Shown: positions 17,935-27,130 of the stretch, piece after piece
Numbering within the stretch: position 1 is the first letter of the stretch
Layout of the letters: every line of letters starts with the position of its first letter
Position numbers and translations under genes: made by a program
Source of the DNA: an uncultured archaeon
GTDB taxonomy: Archaea > Asgardarchaeota > Lokiarchaeia > Sigyniarchaeales > Promethearchaeaceae
Direction: 5' to 3'
Assembly: GCA_964426185.1 (NCBI GenBank)
Contig: CAYRPF010000022.1
Location: 1 to 32,000 of the forward strand
Length of the DNA stretch: 32,000 nt
Notes under the pieces: model-generated
The model's input: the letters and a program-made list of their open reading frames with translations, nothing else
Told to the model about the DNA's origin: nothing
The model's database searches: none

Positions 17935-18210
17935 TTACGATCCCCCTTGGAGAGGTTGCAAAATAGAAATCTTATCGGATTTTTGAAGACGATATCGTTT
18001 AGCTTTTTTCGGCTCAATTTTTTCACCATTTACCATTATCAAATACAAATTTGAATTTAAATTCGAAATGGAAAAAAATTTGGTGTTAAAGATATGTCGT
18101 AGCTCTTTCAACAGCATTTTAATTGTTCCGTCATCTGGGATATCGACTAGTTGATCTTTATGTAACATCCCACTGCCAAAATTACCTGTTATATTCACTT
18201 CTAATTGCAT
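17935..18210 (-). CDS. MoaD/ThiS/SAMP ubiquitin-like protein ending in -GGS
   Basis: TIKMLL, IMVNGE and DKISILQPLQGGS*. GGAGGT RBS upstream of ATG 18210. Downstream of aor. Confidence 0.85.
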   Translation of the reverse strand: MQLEVNITGNFGSGMLHKDQLVDIPDDGTIKMLLKELRHIFNTKFFSISNLNSNLYLIMVNGEKIEPKKAKRYRLQKSDKISILQPLQGGS

Positions 18211-18436
18211 ATCCTTGAACCTCCCACATTTTTGAAGATATTGAAATTTATGCAAATAACTTCTAGAAATATTGAAAGAATATTGGAAATGAAAAAAGGT
18301 TAACATCCCGCTTAAAACTTTTGGATAGTTAGGTTATGGCATTTTCAGTAATTTGTTGAGGGACATACTAACAGTGCCGATGGTACCATGACTGATGGGT
18401 AGTATTTGATTGACTATGACATAGTGAGACATAAGG

Positions 18437-18447
18437 AAAAAAAAAAA
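18437..18447 (-). terminator. Oligo-T (T11) archaeal terminator after aor
   Basis: Run of 11 A on the + strand, ~40 nt past the aor stop. Confidence 0.5.
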
Positions 18448-18487
18448 TATTAGAAATGAAAATAATTAATCGTTTTTCAGATTTTTA

Positions 18488-20491
18488 CTAAAGATTTTCA
18501 GGAAGAATTGAAATTGGCTCGTTATCTCCATCTTTACCAATAATATCTTTCGTAAAATCTAATCCCAATTTCTCTAATGTAGATTCCTCTGGAATTCCGG
18601 TTTGAGAATCCCATTCCATGGCAGAGTAATAATCGCTTACCATCGTTTTTATATCCAAAGAAATTCCTTTCAAAGGTCCTTTTTCCATCGGTGGAATTCC
18701 TAATGCTCGGGTATTAATTTTATGTTGAATTGCTCCATGTTTGGCATTGAAAGATTGTCTTAATGTTTGAATTCGATATCCGATAGTCATTAAATCTTCA
18801 TTTGAAAGTTCAATCCCCGTAGCGTTAGCAATAAAGCTGCGAACTTTCATGGAGCCTGACCATGAAGCAAAGTTACAGAAGCCTAGAGATGCCAAAGTCT
18901 GCTGGATTTTTGCAATATATGCTTGAGCCGGACCCTTCGAATCATATTTATGCTTTTTGGATTTGGGAATTTTCAAACCCTTGATAAATTTACCTACAGG
19001 ACCGACTTCCATGAAATCTACGCTTGCTGCAGTATGTCTACCTGGAGTTGGATCTGACACATAAGTCGTGGCTAAACTTGGACCGTATTTAGGATCATGC
19101 ATCGGAAGCTCTTGGCCATTGGCGTGAACTGCAAATTTTTCCGCTCCATTACCGATTTTTTCTGCTGCAATTTTTACCCCTTCTGCTAGTATGGAACCAA
19201 TATGTTCTCTTTTAACAATCATTTCCAGAAGCGGAATGATACATTCAGAATTCCCCCAACCAAGTTCCAAACCACCAGTATCTTCTTTTGTAATAATTCC
19301 TTGCTCATAACATTCAATTGCAAAAGCGACTACTCCACCCGCTGAAATAGAATCATAACCCATTCGGTTAAGATATTCATTCACTTTTAACAAGGTTAAA
19401 ACATCGTCATTTAGAATTAATGCCCCAAAGGCGGTGGCTGTTTCATATTCAACCCGATGTGTCTCTGAAAGATCGATTTCAGGTATTGAAAGGATCGCTC
19501 CACAACGTAATGGACATGCAAAACAACCATACGGTTTTTTCTTCCATTTTTCCAAATTGTGAGCAGTCAAGTTGCGTACCTTACTTTGGGGAAAATCAAG
19601 ATATCCAATTCCTGCCCAATTTTTTACCGGAGCATCTCCTACTTCAGAGGAAATTGCAGTACTCATCCCAGTTCCATATTTTGACATCATAGTTACCTGC
19701 ATTCCTGCTGTGAGGAACATATCCATTTTAAGAAACCGTAGCATACCTGGTAAAATATTATTGAATTTCATCATCACCCGACTCATCACATCTTTGAAAT
19801 TCATTTTATCCTTGTATTCTTTGGTTAATTGTATGACTGCGTATTTGTCCTTATATGGATAGGATATATTTCCTTTGAGAGCAACGGCTTTTAATTTCTT
19901 CGCCCCCATCACTGCACCCAATCCCGATCGAGCGGCTAAACGTCCTTTATCGTTTACTATTCCAGCATTACGCACTAAATTCTCCCCTGCCGGACCTATG
20001 GCGGCTACGTGCAATCGATTTCCATGCTGAAGCTTGAGAATTTCTTCCGTTTCTACTGCGTCTTTTCCCCACACCGCTGTAGCATCTTCGATGGTGGCTT
20101 TGCCTTCCTTAACTAACAGATATACGGGCTTATCGCTCAATCCCGTGCATACAATCCCATCGTAACCGCATTTTTTAATTTCGGGACCGAAGGTGCCTCC
20201 GCTGTTAGAATCTCCCCAACCACCGGTTAGAGGGCTCTTTCCACAAACCATATAACGGCCGCTGAAGGGAGTGGTTGTTCCGGTTAATAAACCCGGCATG
20301 AAAGCCAAAGCATTATCTGGTCCGAGAGGGTCTGCATCGGCTGGAATTTCTTCATATAAAATTCGTGCTGCCAAACCATATCCTCCTAGATACTGAAGAT
20401 ACCATTCATCTGGAATACTTCGCTCTGAAACTTCCTTTTTTGTTAAATCCACCCACAATATTTTACCAAAATATCCGAATTTTTCTTCCAT
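18488..20491 (-). CDS. aor: Tungsten-containing aldehyde:ferredoxin oxidoreductase family protein
   Basis: YLGGYGL, KSPLTGGWGDSNSGG, IGPAGE, ARSGLGAVMGAKKLKA, CFACPLRCG, EYET, GYDSISAG and ELPMHDP. GGTGA RBS before ATG 20491. Confidence 0.95.
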   Translation of the reverse strand: MEEKFGYFGKILWVDLTKKEVSERSIPDEWYLQYLGGYGLAARILYEEIPADADPLGPDNALAFMPGLLTGTTTPFSGRYMVCGKSPLTGGWGDSNSGGTFGPEIKKCGYDGIVCTGLSDKPVYLLVKEGKATIEDATAVWGKDAVETEEILKLQHGNRLHVAAIGPAGENLVRNAGIVNDKGRLAARSGLGAVMGAKKLKAVALKGNISYPYKDKYAVIQLTKEYKDKMNFKDVMSRVMMKFNNILPGMLRFLKMDMFLTAGMQVTMMSKYGTGMSTAISSEVGDAPVKNWAGIGYLDFPQSKVRNLTAHNLEKWKKKPYGCFACPLRCGAILSIPEIDLSETHRVEYETATAFGALILNDDVLTLLKVNEYLNRMGYDSISAGGVVAFAIECYEQGIITKEDTGGLELGWGNSECIIPLLEMIVKREHIGSILAEGVKIAAEKIGNGAEKFAVHANGQELPMHDPKYGPSLATTYVSDPTPGRHTAASVDFMEVGPVGKFIKGLKIPKSKKHKYDSKGPAQAYIAKIQQTLASLGFCNFASWSGSMKVRSFIANATGIELSNEDLMTIGYRIQTLRQSFNAKHGAIQHKINTRALGIPPMEKGPLKGISLDIKTMVSDYYSAMEWDSQTGIPEESTLEKLGLDFTKDIIGKDGDNEPISILPENL

Positions 20492-20633
20492 ATATATAAT
20501 CACCTTGTTATTTTTACTATTTGTTTGAATTTAGTATAAAATGTTTCCTTTTGATTTTAATTAGATAGTAAAATACCTTAATTATCGGATTCTCATATAA
20601 ATGTAGTCCGCGTGGAAGCTTCCGCATATTTGA

Positions 20634-20795
20634 CATCTCGTAAATATCTGTAAGCAATACTGTGATCCTTGTTCTTCATATAAACCGAATGAATTAATGA
20701 AATCTCCCCCTAATGCACTGTTCTGTGCTCGAGGACCCTCGGAATTGCCGGATTTTGATATCAAAATGAATGGTTGTAATTGTAGCAAATGTCTT
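20634..20795 (+). pseudogene. Truncated remnant of a Cys-rich DUF2769-like protein
   Basis: The frame of ORF 20697 extends upstream: VNICKQYCDPCSSYKPNELMKSPPNALFCARGPSE...NGCNCSKC. It is preceded by TGA at 20631, has no convincing native start, and lacks the C-terminal YFC part. Confidence 0.6.
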
Positions 20796-20818
20796 ACAGA
20801 TTTACTTTTTTTTCCTTA

Positions 20819-21159
20819 TTACTTTTTAATTCTGAGTTCTCCTAAAAATTGGACCATATTTCCAAAAGGATCCCATGCATCGAACACTGAATTTTCGATG
20901 TCTCGACTTTTAAATCACTCAAAAATTTCTTTGTTTTATCAATATCACGCACATTAAAATAGATAACCGCTGAATTCAAACGGATTACAACTTTTTCCTT
21001 TAAATCTAATCCGATTCGCAAACCTTCCACTGGAGATGATAATTCCAACCATCCCATATCCTTTGCTTCTTCGAAAACCACAGAAAATCCTAAAATATTG
21101 TCGTAAAATCTCAAAGCTACCTCAAAATCCGTTACTGGAATGTGAACATATACCATCAT
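20819..21159 (-). pseudogene. VOC/glyoxalase-family gene, frameshifted
   Basis: HIPVTDFEVALRFYDNILGF...IYFNVRDIDK. The canonical C-terminus SVFDAWDPFGNMVQFLGELRIKK* lies in another frame after ~20890. Confidence 0.8.
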
Positions 21160-21247
21160 ACCCAATCAAGTTCTTATTATCCATATTAAAGTTAATCGCC
21201 TAGCTGTTTAAAAATACATGGATTACTTTTCATCATGAGAACCTCAG

Positions 21248-21350
21248 CAAAAACCTTTTAATTTTTGGTGACTTAGACTTCCATAAGATCAGATGGTTCT
21301 CTTTCCATCTTCCAAAATGGAAAAAGAACCTAAAAAATCATTACAGAGGT
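21248..21350 (+). promoter_or_regulatory. Thermosome promoter/leader: BRE-TATA, inverted repeat, RBS
   Basis: CAAAAACC-TTTTAATT (TATA 21256-21263), a 13/14-bp inverted repeat at 21295-21330, and GAGGT at 21346-21350. Confidence 0.55.
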
Positions 21351-21357
21351 TTAAAAA

Positions 21358-23025
21358 ATGTCACAATTAGGCGGAACTCCCGTATTAATCTTAAAAGAAG
21401 GTGCAGAACGACAATCTGGTAAAGATGCATCTCGAAATAATATTCTCGCCGCAAAAACAATTGCTGAAGCAGTCCGCAGCTCTTTAGGACCTCGCGGAAT
21501 GGATAAAATGTTAGTTGATCAATTTGGCGATGTGACCATTACTAATGATGGTGCCACCATCTTGAAAGAAATTGAAGTGCAACACCCAGCTGCAAAGATG
21601 TTAGTGGAAGTTGCCAAAACTCAAGATGAAGAGACTGGTGATGGGACAACCACTTCCGTAATCTTAGCAGGTGAATTACTGAAACGTGCCGAAAAATTGC
21701 TTGATCAGAAGATTCATCCTACAGTTATTACCGAAGGCTTTCGGAAAGCAGCAAATAAAGCGTTAGAGATTTTAGATGAAATAGCAACGACTGTTTCACC
21801 TACTGATAAGGAAATCTTAAAGAAAGCGGCAAAGACATCCATGAGTTCAAAAATAATCCATGAATACGACAATTTAATTGCTGATATCGTGGTTGATGCA
21901 TGTTTAGCGGTTCGAGAGGAAATCGATGGTCAAAATTTGGTTGATTTGGATCGAATTCAAATCCAAAAGAAAGAAGGTGATTCTATTGAGGAGACCAAAT
22001 TTATTTCCGGAATTATCTTGGACAAAGAAATTGTTAATTCTGGAATGCCTAAACGGATAGATGATGCAAAAATTCTCTTGATTTCTGCCGCAGTTGAGGT
22101 AGAAAAAACCGAATTTGATGCAAAATTACAAATTACGAGTCCCGATCAAATTAATGCCTTTTTAGACCAAGAACAACACATGTTGGAAGAATTAGTGGAA
22201 AAGATTGCCGCTACTGGCGCCAATGTTGTAATTTGCCAGAAAGGTATTGACGATATGGCTCAACATTTCTTGGTTAAGAAAGGTATCGCCGCTGTGCGTC
22301 GGGTGAAAAAGTCCGATTTAGAAAAATTGTCTAAAGCCACAGGAGCAGTGATTTATTCCAATTTGGATGATATGTCTACCGAAGGTTTGGGATTTGCCGG
22401 TTTAGTCGAAGAGCGTAAGGTAATGAATGAAAATTGGGTGTTCGTAGAAAAATGCAAGCATCCAAAGTCTGTGGTTGTATTCATCCGGGGCGGAACCGAA
22501 TTAGTTGTGGATGAAACCGAACGTTCCATTCACGATGCTCTTTCTGTTGTAAAGGATGTCATTGAAGAACCAAGCATTGTGGGTGGTGGTGGTGCACCGG
22601 AGGCAGAAGTGGCTAAAGGTTTGCGAAAATTTGCCGAAACCTTGGAAGGTCGTGAGCAATTAGCAGTTGAAGTCTTTGCTGATTCCATGGATATCATTCC
22701 CAAAACCTTGGCTGAAAATGCAGGATTAGATCAAATTGAAATGTTAATGAAAATTCGAGCCGCTCACGGAGAGGGAAAGAAATACGCCGGTTTGAATTTG
22801 GAAGAGATGAAAGTCGAAGATGATATGACCAAAATTGATGTAATTGAACCCGTAGCGGTGAAGAAACAAACCATTAAATCGGCTTCCGAAAGTGCTCAAA
22901 TGATTTTACGCATTGATGATATCATAGCCAGCGGAAAATCAGACAATCCAGCCGGTCCTCCAGGTGGTATGGGTGGTATGGGTGGTATGGGCGGCATGGG
23001 TGGAATGCCTCCGGGTATGATGTAA
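21358..23025 (+). CDS. ths: Thermosome (group II chaperonin) subunit
   Basis: [50 protein letters not shown] and a GGM tail. Confidence 0.98.
   Translation: MSQLGGTPVLILKEGAERQSGKDASRNNILAAKTIAEAVRSSLGPRGMDKMLVDQFGDVTITNDGATILKEIEVQHPAAKMLVEVAKTQDEETGDGTTTSVILAGELLKRAEKLLDQKIHPTVITEGFRKAANKALEILDEIATTVSPTDKEILKKAAKTSMSSKIIHEYDNLIADIVVDACLAVREEIDGQNLVDLDRIQIQKKEGDSIEETKFISGIILDKEIVNSGMPKRIDDAKILLISAAVEVEKTEFDAKLQITSPDQINAFLDQEQHMLEELVEKIAATGANVVICQKGIDDMAQHFLVKKGIAAVRRVKKSDLEKLSKATGAVIYSNLDDMSTEGLGFAGLVEERKVMNENWVFVEKCKHPKSVVVFIRGGTELVVDETERSIHDALSVVKDVIEEPSIVGGGGAPEAEVAKGLRKFAETLEGREQLAVEVFADSMDIIPKTLAENAGLDQIEMLMKIRAAHGEGKKYAGLNLEEMKVEDDMTKIDVIEPVAVKKQTIKSASESAQMILRIDDIIASGKSDNPAGPPGGMGGMGGMGGMGGMPPGMM
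22963..23007 (+). repeat. 5x 9-bp GGM-coding repeat in the chaperonin tail
   Basis: ggtggtatg x3, then ggcggcatg and ggtggaatg. Confidence 0.9.
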
Positions 23026-23034
23026 GCGCAAAAA

Positions 23035-23076
23035 TTTTTTTTTGCATTGCTTTCATTCTTTTTTATTCTTATTTTT
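23035..23076 (+). terminator. T-rich terminator region after the thermosome gene
   Basis: Several oligo-T runs (T9, T6) just after the stop codon. Confidence 0.5.
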
Positions 23077-23232
23077 AAATTTAAGGGGATTATGTTAGGC
23101 AAATCTAGATAGTTATTTAACTAAAATGAAAGAATTATTTATTTGTAAGTATTATGAATAAGTAGAGATTCTCTGCTAATTAGTAAAGATGTGAACACGT
23201 TTTTAGATAGGCGATTTTAGGAGCTGAAATTA

Positions 23233-24039
23233 GTGAGCATGAAAACCAATATATCACAAGAAGTTTATGCAGCATTAAAAGAATACGGTCTTACAGATTA
23301 TGAAACTCGTGCATTTGTTGCATTAATCACCAATGGTGTTAGTTCCGCCAAGGAACTGAGTGATCGGACAAATATCCCTTATAGTCGGATTTATGATGTA
23401 TTGGTTAATTTAGAGACTCAACAATGGGTGAAAGTTATCAGCGGGCGCCCAATGAAATATAAAGCTGAACGTCCTGCTTTTGTGGCTAAATTGGCTAAAA
23501 AAGAATTGGAAGAGAAATACCAACGGATTGAATCTGCACTGTTGGAAAAACTGGAACCGCTATATGGTGCAGAAGAAACGGTTGAATCTACTCCAATTTG
23601 GATTCTAAATGGGCAAGTTTTCCAGAAAGTGGAGGAAATGATTAGAACCACATCTAAAAACCTAACCCTCTTTTTGAAAAATCCGAATGAGAAAATGATC
23701 TCGGATTATTTTGATATATTTTTAGATCTCTCGGAAAAAAAGGTCGAAATCAATGTTTTGGTGGATGAAACTCACCTGAAAATCCAAAATAAAAATACTT
23801 GGCGAAAATTGGCTTCGATTGCGCACATTCAATTAGTGAAACATGTTTTATTCGATGCATTTTTGTTTGATCAATCTGAAATGATTATCTTTTTGACTTC
23901 ATTTATGAAAATTGACATAAAAGATGAGAATATGGTATTTTTAATCCAAGAAAATCGGCTGATCAATTATAGTAAAACGTATTTTAAAATGCTCTGGAGC
24001 ATGGGTCGAAAGTTTTCAATGCGAGAATTTAATAACTAA
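23233..24039 (+). CDS. TrmB family transcriptional regulator
   Basis: GLTDYETRAFVAL...SAKELSDRTNIPYSRIYDVLVNLE...GRPMKYKA wHTH plus a C-terminal PLD-like effector domain. Start GTG 23233 or ATG 23239. Confidence 0.9.
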   Translation: MSMKTNISQEVYAALKEYGLTDYETRAFVALITNGVSSAKELSDRTNIPYSRIYDVLVNLETQQWVKVISGRPMKYKAERPAFVAKLAKKELEEKYQRIESALLEKLEPLYGAEETVESTPIWILNGQVFQKVEEMIRTTSKNLTLFLKNPNEKMISDYFDIFLDLSEKKVEINVLVDETHLKIQNKNTWRKLASIAHIQLVKHVLFDAFLFDQSEMIIFLTSFMKIDIKDENMVFLIQENRLINYSKTYFKMLWSMGRKFSMREFNN

Positions 24040-24078
24040 TTACGGAAAATTTTTTGGAATTCTAATTTTTAAATAATT

Positions 24079-24468
24079 ATGGTGTTAGTTGCCGTTCTTG
24101 CTGGATCCACCTCAGATGAGAAGGTGTATCAAAAAGCATTAGATGTTTTAAAAGAACATCAAATAGATCATGAATTGAGAATTTTATCTGCTCACCGAAA
24201 TCCTAAAGAATTGGAAGAATATGTGCGCACAACCGATGCACAAGTCTTTATTTGTGTGGCTGGTCTTTCTGCTGCATTACCTGGAGTAGTCGCGTCGCAA
24301 ACCAAAAAACCCGTGATTGGAGTTCCCGTTAGTGCCAAGCTTGGAGGATTAGATGCTTTATTATCTATTGCTCAGATGCCTCCAGGAGTACCGGTTGCTT
24401 GCGTTGGAATTGATAATGGAAAAAATGCCGTTTATTTAGCAATGCGAATATTAGAGATAGAGAAATAA
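24079..24468 (+). CDS. purE: N5-CAIR mutase / AIR carboxylase PurE (short form)
   Basis: [49 protein letters not shown] and NA. Confidence 0.95.
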   Translation: MVLVAVLAGSTSDEKVYQKALDVLKEHQIDHELRILSAHRNPKELEEYVRTTDAQVFICVAGLSAALPGVVASQTKKPVIGVPVSAKLGGLDALLSIAQMPPGVPVACVGIDNGKNAVYLAMRILEIEK

Positions 24469-24756
24469 TTTCCAACCCTTGGACCTTTTTTTCATTCGTT
24501 TTCTTCTAGATATTTCCTAATTCATGCTGTAATTTTCCATTTTTCGAAATGGTGGTATATTATAATCAGTTAAATATACTTAAAAAGAGGGTTCCAACAA
24601 AATATGCGGATCTTTATCTTCTTGAAAATTTTTGGAAAAATTAGGCAAAAAAAATGTGAATAAATTGTACAAGGTGGTAGCAATCCAAAAGAAGAAAAAA
24701 ATAACCACAATCATGGTTAGAGAGAATTATTCACCTTAGGGGGAATTAATATTAAT

Positions 24757-25995
24757 TTATTTATTATTTGATTCTTTCGGCTTAATTCCGAAAACTTCTT
24801 CAACTATCGGTTGTATGTGAAGTTTACGGGTGTCTCCATTGAAGTTTTCCAAATCAGGATGAGATTTTTCAATTTTTTCCACTAATTCTTCCAATATTGT
24901 GTGGTAAACACCTAAATTTTCATCGGCGAGTAACAAACAGAGAACTACTTTACCTTGTTTGAATATCAGCGATTTTTCTCCTATTTCAATATTTTCTAAC
25001 TTACCACGTTCGCCCGAAATTTCCGAAAGCATTCCTTTAATGCCAACCAAACCGCCTGCAACTAAGTCTGTATTTGGTCGACTTTCATCTTCTGGAATTG
25101 ATGCAGTAACTCGAATATCTCCATGTAATTCCGCCGCAGCAATCTCCGCAAACGATTGGTAATATAAAGAGATTCCAGTCTCTGCGATGATCACATGAAG
25201 TTCTTTCATTCCAGATTTCCATGAAAATTCGTCGTATGATGGAATTGAAAGGAAAAAATAACGCATGATGAGAAATCCAATCAGTTCAATTATGGTCCCA
25301 TAGACATACCACCAATTTTGATCGTAACCTTCCTTTCCTCTCACAATAATTTCAATTGCTCCTCCAACTCCTGCGATTATGATTCCTAAAATTCCGAGAA
25401 GGACTTTTCTTCTCACTTCGCGTTGCGGGGATAGTTTTACTACTAAAATAAACACAATCCCCAGAAAATCAATAATACTGAAGCCAAATATCACTAAGAT
25501 CACTGGAATCATAGTGGGAGAAGAAATTATCACGTATTTGATGTTTGCGGGATCGGAGGCACATAAAACCATCCAAACAAACATATAGATTACCGTTAAA
25601 ATTCCAAATAGCCCAATTGAATAAAGAAGGATTTTTTTACCTTTTAGCAATATTAACAAGCAGACATATCCTATTGAAACGATAATAGACAGCATTATAA
25701 TGTACTGTAGAGGTGGAATCCAAGCTAAATTCATTTGGCTGGCTTCGAAATCACTTTTCAAAAAGTAGTTCAGGAAAGCGGGAAACAAATATAACCCGTA
25801 TCCCAACATAGCGCAAGATATTATAAAGAATACCATATACGCGGGATCACCACGTGTTCGTTTATCCGCGCGAATATATCTTGCGAGCAAATCACTTCCA
25901 AATAAGGTCAATAAGAGGATAAATGCTCCATAAAGCACCATCACGATTACTTCGATGGTTGTAAATGAATGATTCAGATTTTCCAGAAATAGCAC
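24757..25995 (-). CDS. Seven-TM membrane protein fused to a C-terminal longin/roadblock-like domain
   Basis: Seven hydrophobic segments in aa ~15-250, then ELHVII.ETGISLY...DLVAGGLVGIKGMLSEI...IEIGEKSLIF..G..VLCLLLADE...FNGD, the pattern of Lokiarchaeal longin-like domains. Confidence 0.72.
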   Translation of the reverse strand: MLFLENLNHSFTTIEVIVMVLYGAFILLLTLFGSDLLARYIRADKRTRGDPAYMVFFIISCAMLGYGLYLFPAFLNYFLKSDFEASQMNLAWIPPLQYIIMLSIIVSIGYVCLLILLKGKKILLYSIGLFGILTVIYMFVWMVLCASDPANIKYVIISSPTMIPVILVIFGFSIIDFLGIVFILVVKLSPQREVRRKVLLGILGIIIAGVGGAIEIIVRGKEGYDQNWWYVYGTIIELIGFLIMRYFFLSIPSYDEFSWKSGMKELHVIIAETGISLYYQSFAEIAAAELHGDIRVTASIPEDESRPNTDLVAGGLVGIKGMLSEISGERGKLENIEIGEKSLIFKQGKVVLCLLLADENLGVYHTILEELVEKIEKSHPDLENFNGDTRKLHIQPIVEEVFGIKPKESNNK

Positions 25996-26081
25996 TTTTG
26001 ATTATCTCCCTAAGAATTATTAATTGATTATACTATTGTTTATTTGTGCCTAAATAATTTAAGCATTTTTTATTTTTTCAT

Positions 26082-26345
26082 TTAGCTCTCTTCAAACCAA
26101 AAACCACAAGTGTCTTTTGTAAGATGTTCTCTATTCGTTCTCGGATATTTTTTGCAAGAGGGAAATCTAATAGGATAGATCAAGCATTTTGCTTTCTTAT
26201 TCTCATCATACCTCAAGAATGGACATTTGTTTGGTAATTTACAGCACTCCCCACAGCGATTACAGCTTCCTCTTCGTGTTTTACTGATAGGTAAAAATAG
26301 TGCTACAATATTACGGTAAATTTTCGCTAGGTATGTATTTTTCAT
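26082..26345 (-). CDS. YkgJ-like CxxCxxCC cysteine-cluster protein
   Basis: CNRCGECC, CPFL and CLIYPIRFPSCKKYP. Confidence 0.8.
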   Translation of the reverse strand: MKNTYLAKIYRNIVALFLPISKTRRGSCNRCGECCKLPNKCPFLRYDENKKAKCLIYPIRFPSCKKYPRTNREHLTKDTCGFWFEES

Positions 26346-26441
26346 AATATTTATATAATTCAGAAAAGACTAAAGATTTTCTTAAAAAAAAAATGAACTT
26401 TTATATTTTCTAAGGGTTATTGGATATTAGAGGAAAAACGC

Positions 26442-26957
26442 ATGAACTCCGATCGTATTCTTATTGGGGTGCTTTCTGACACCCATATCTCTTCTTCCAG
26501 CGGGATTTCTTCAGAGTTAAAAACGGCTCTCTCTGAATTTGATCGATTAAAGATTAATTATCTATTTCATTTAGGTGATTTTACCAATATTGGTGTATAT
26601 AGGCAATTGGTTAATAAGTATGGGGAAGAACGAGTAATTGCTGTTCTTGGAAATATGGATGGTAGAAACTTGGAATTATCCTCATTATTACCTGAATTTC
26701 GGGATTTAACTTTATTGGGGCATCATATTCTTCTTCTTCACGGCTGGGGTGCTCCTATAAAAATTATCGAGCGAATTAACAAGCGATATGATACTTCTGA
26801 ATATGATCTCATTGTTTTTGGGCATACGCATCGCCATTTATTAATTCAAAAAGGCCAAAAATGGTATTTCAATCCCGGACCCTGCAAAGCCCGTGGATCG
26901 TTCGGTTTTATCGAGCTTACTCCAGATGAAATCATTCCTCGAATTGTGCAAATTTAA
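26442..26957 (+). CDS. YfcE/MJ0936-family metallophosphoesterase
   Basis: SDTH, HLGD, GNMD, LHG, FGHTH and NPG. Confidence 0.92.
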   Translation: MNSDRILIGVLSDTHISSSSGISSELKTALSEFDRLKINYLFHLGDFTNIGVYRQLVNKYGEERVIAVLGNMDGRNLELSSLLPEFRDLTLLGHHILLLHGWGAPIKIIERINKRYDTSEYDLIVFGHTHRHLLIQKGQKWYFNPGPCKARGSFGFIELTPDEIIPRIVQI

Positions 26958-27130
26958 TTGATATTTCTTTGCGTGTTATTTATTTCGCTATTTTTAACGC
27001 TTTTTTAATTCTCAAATATGATATTTATTATTAAGTTAATTTTTTCAAATATGCAATACTTATCCAAATAAGTAATGCGTTCTTACGATTCATAGTTGCT
27101 AAAGAACGACTTTGTACGGGGAAAAACTTC

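Noticed and set aside
18365-18405. SECIS element or C/D box sRNA
   Set aside because: No neighbouring gene has an in-frame UGA, and I see no complete RUGAUGA...CUGA box pair or SECIS core geometry.
22963-23007. GGM repeat as novel
   Set aside because: It is the standard chaperonin C-terminal tail.
24469-24756. Long intergenic gap between convergent purE and the 7TM gene
   Set aside because: I found no credible ORF, repeat or structure by eye. It may be an unrecognisable remnant.
26442-26957. Vps29 retromer orthologue
   Set aside because: The full metal-binding motif set is that of ordinary YfcE/MJ0936 phosphoesterases. It cannot be called Vps29 without a phylogeny.
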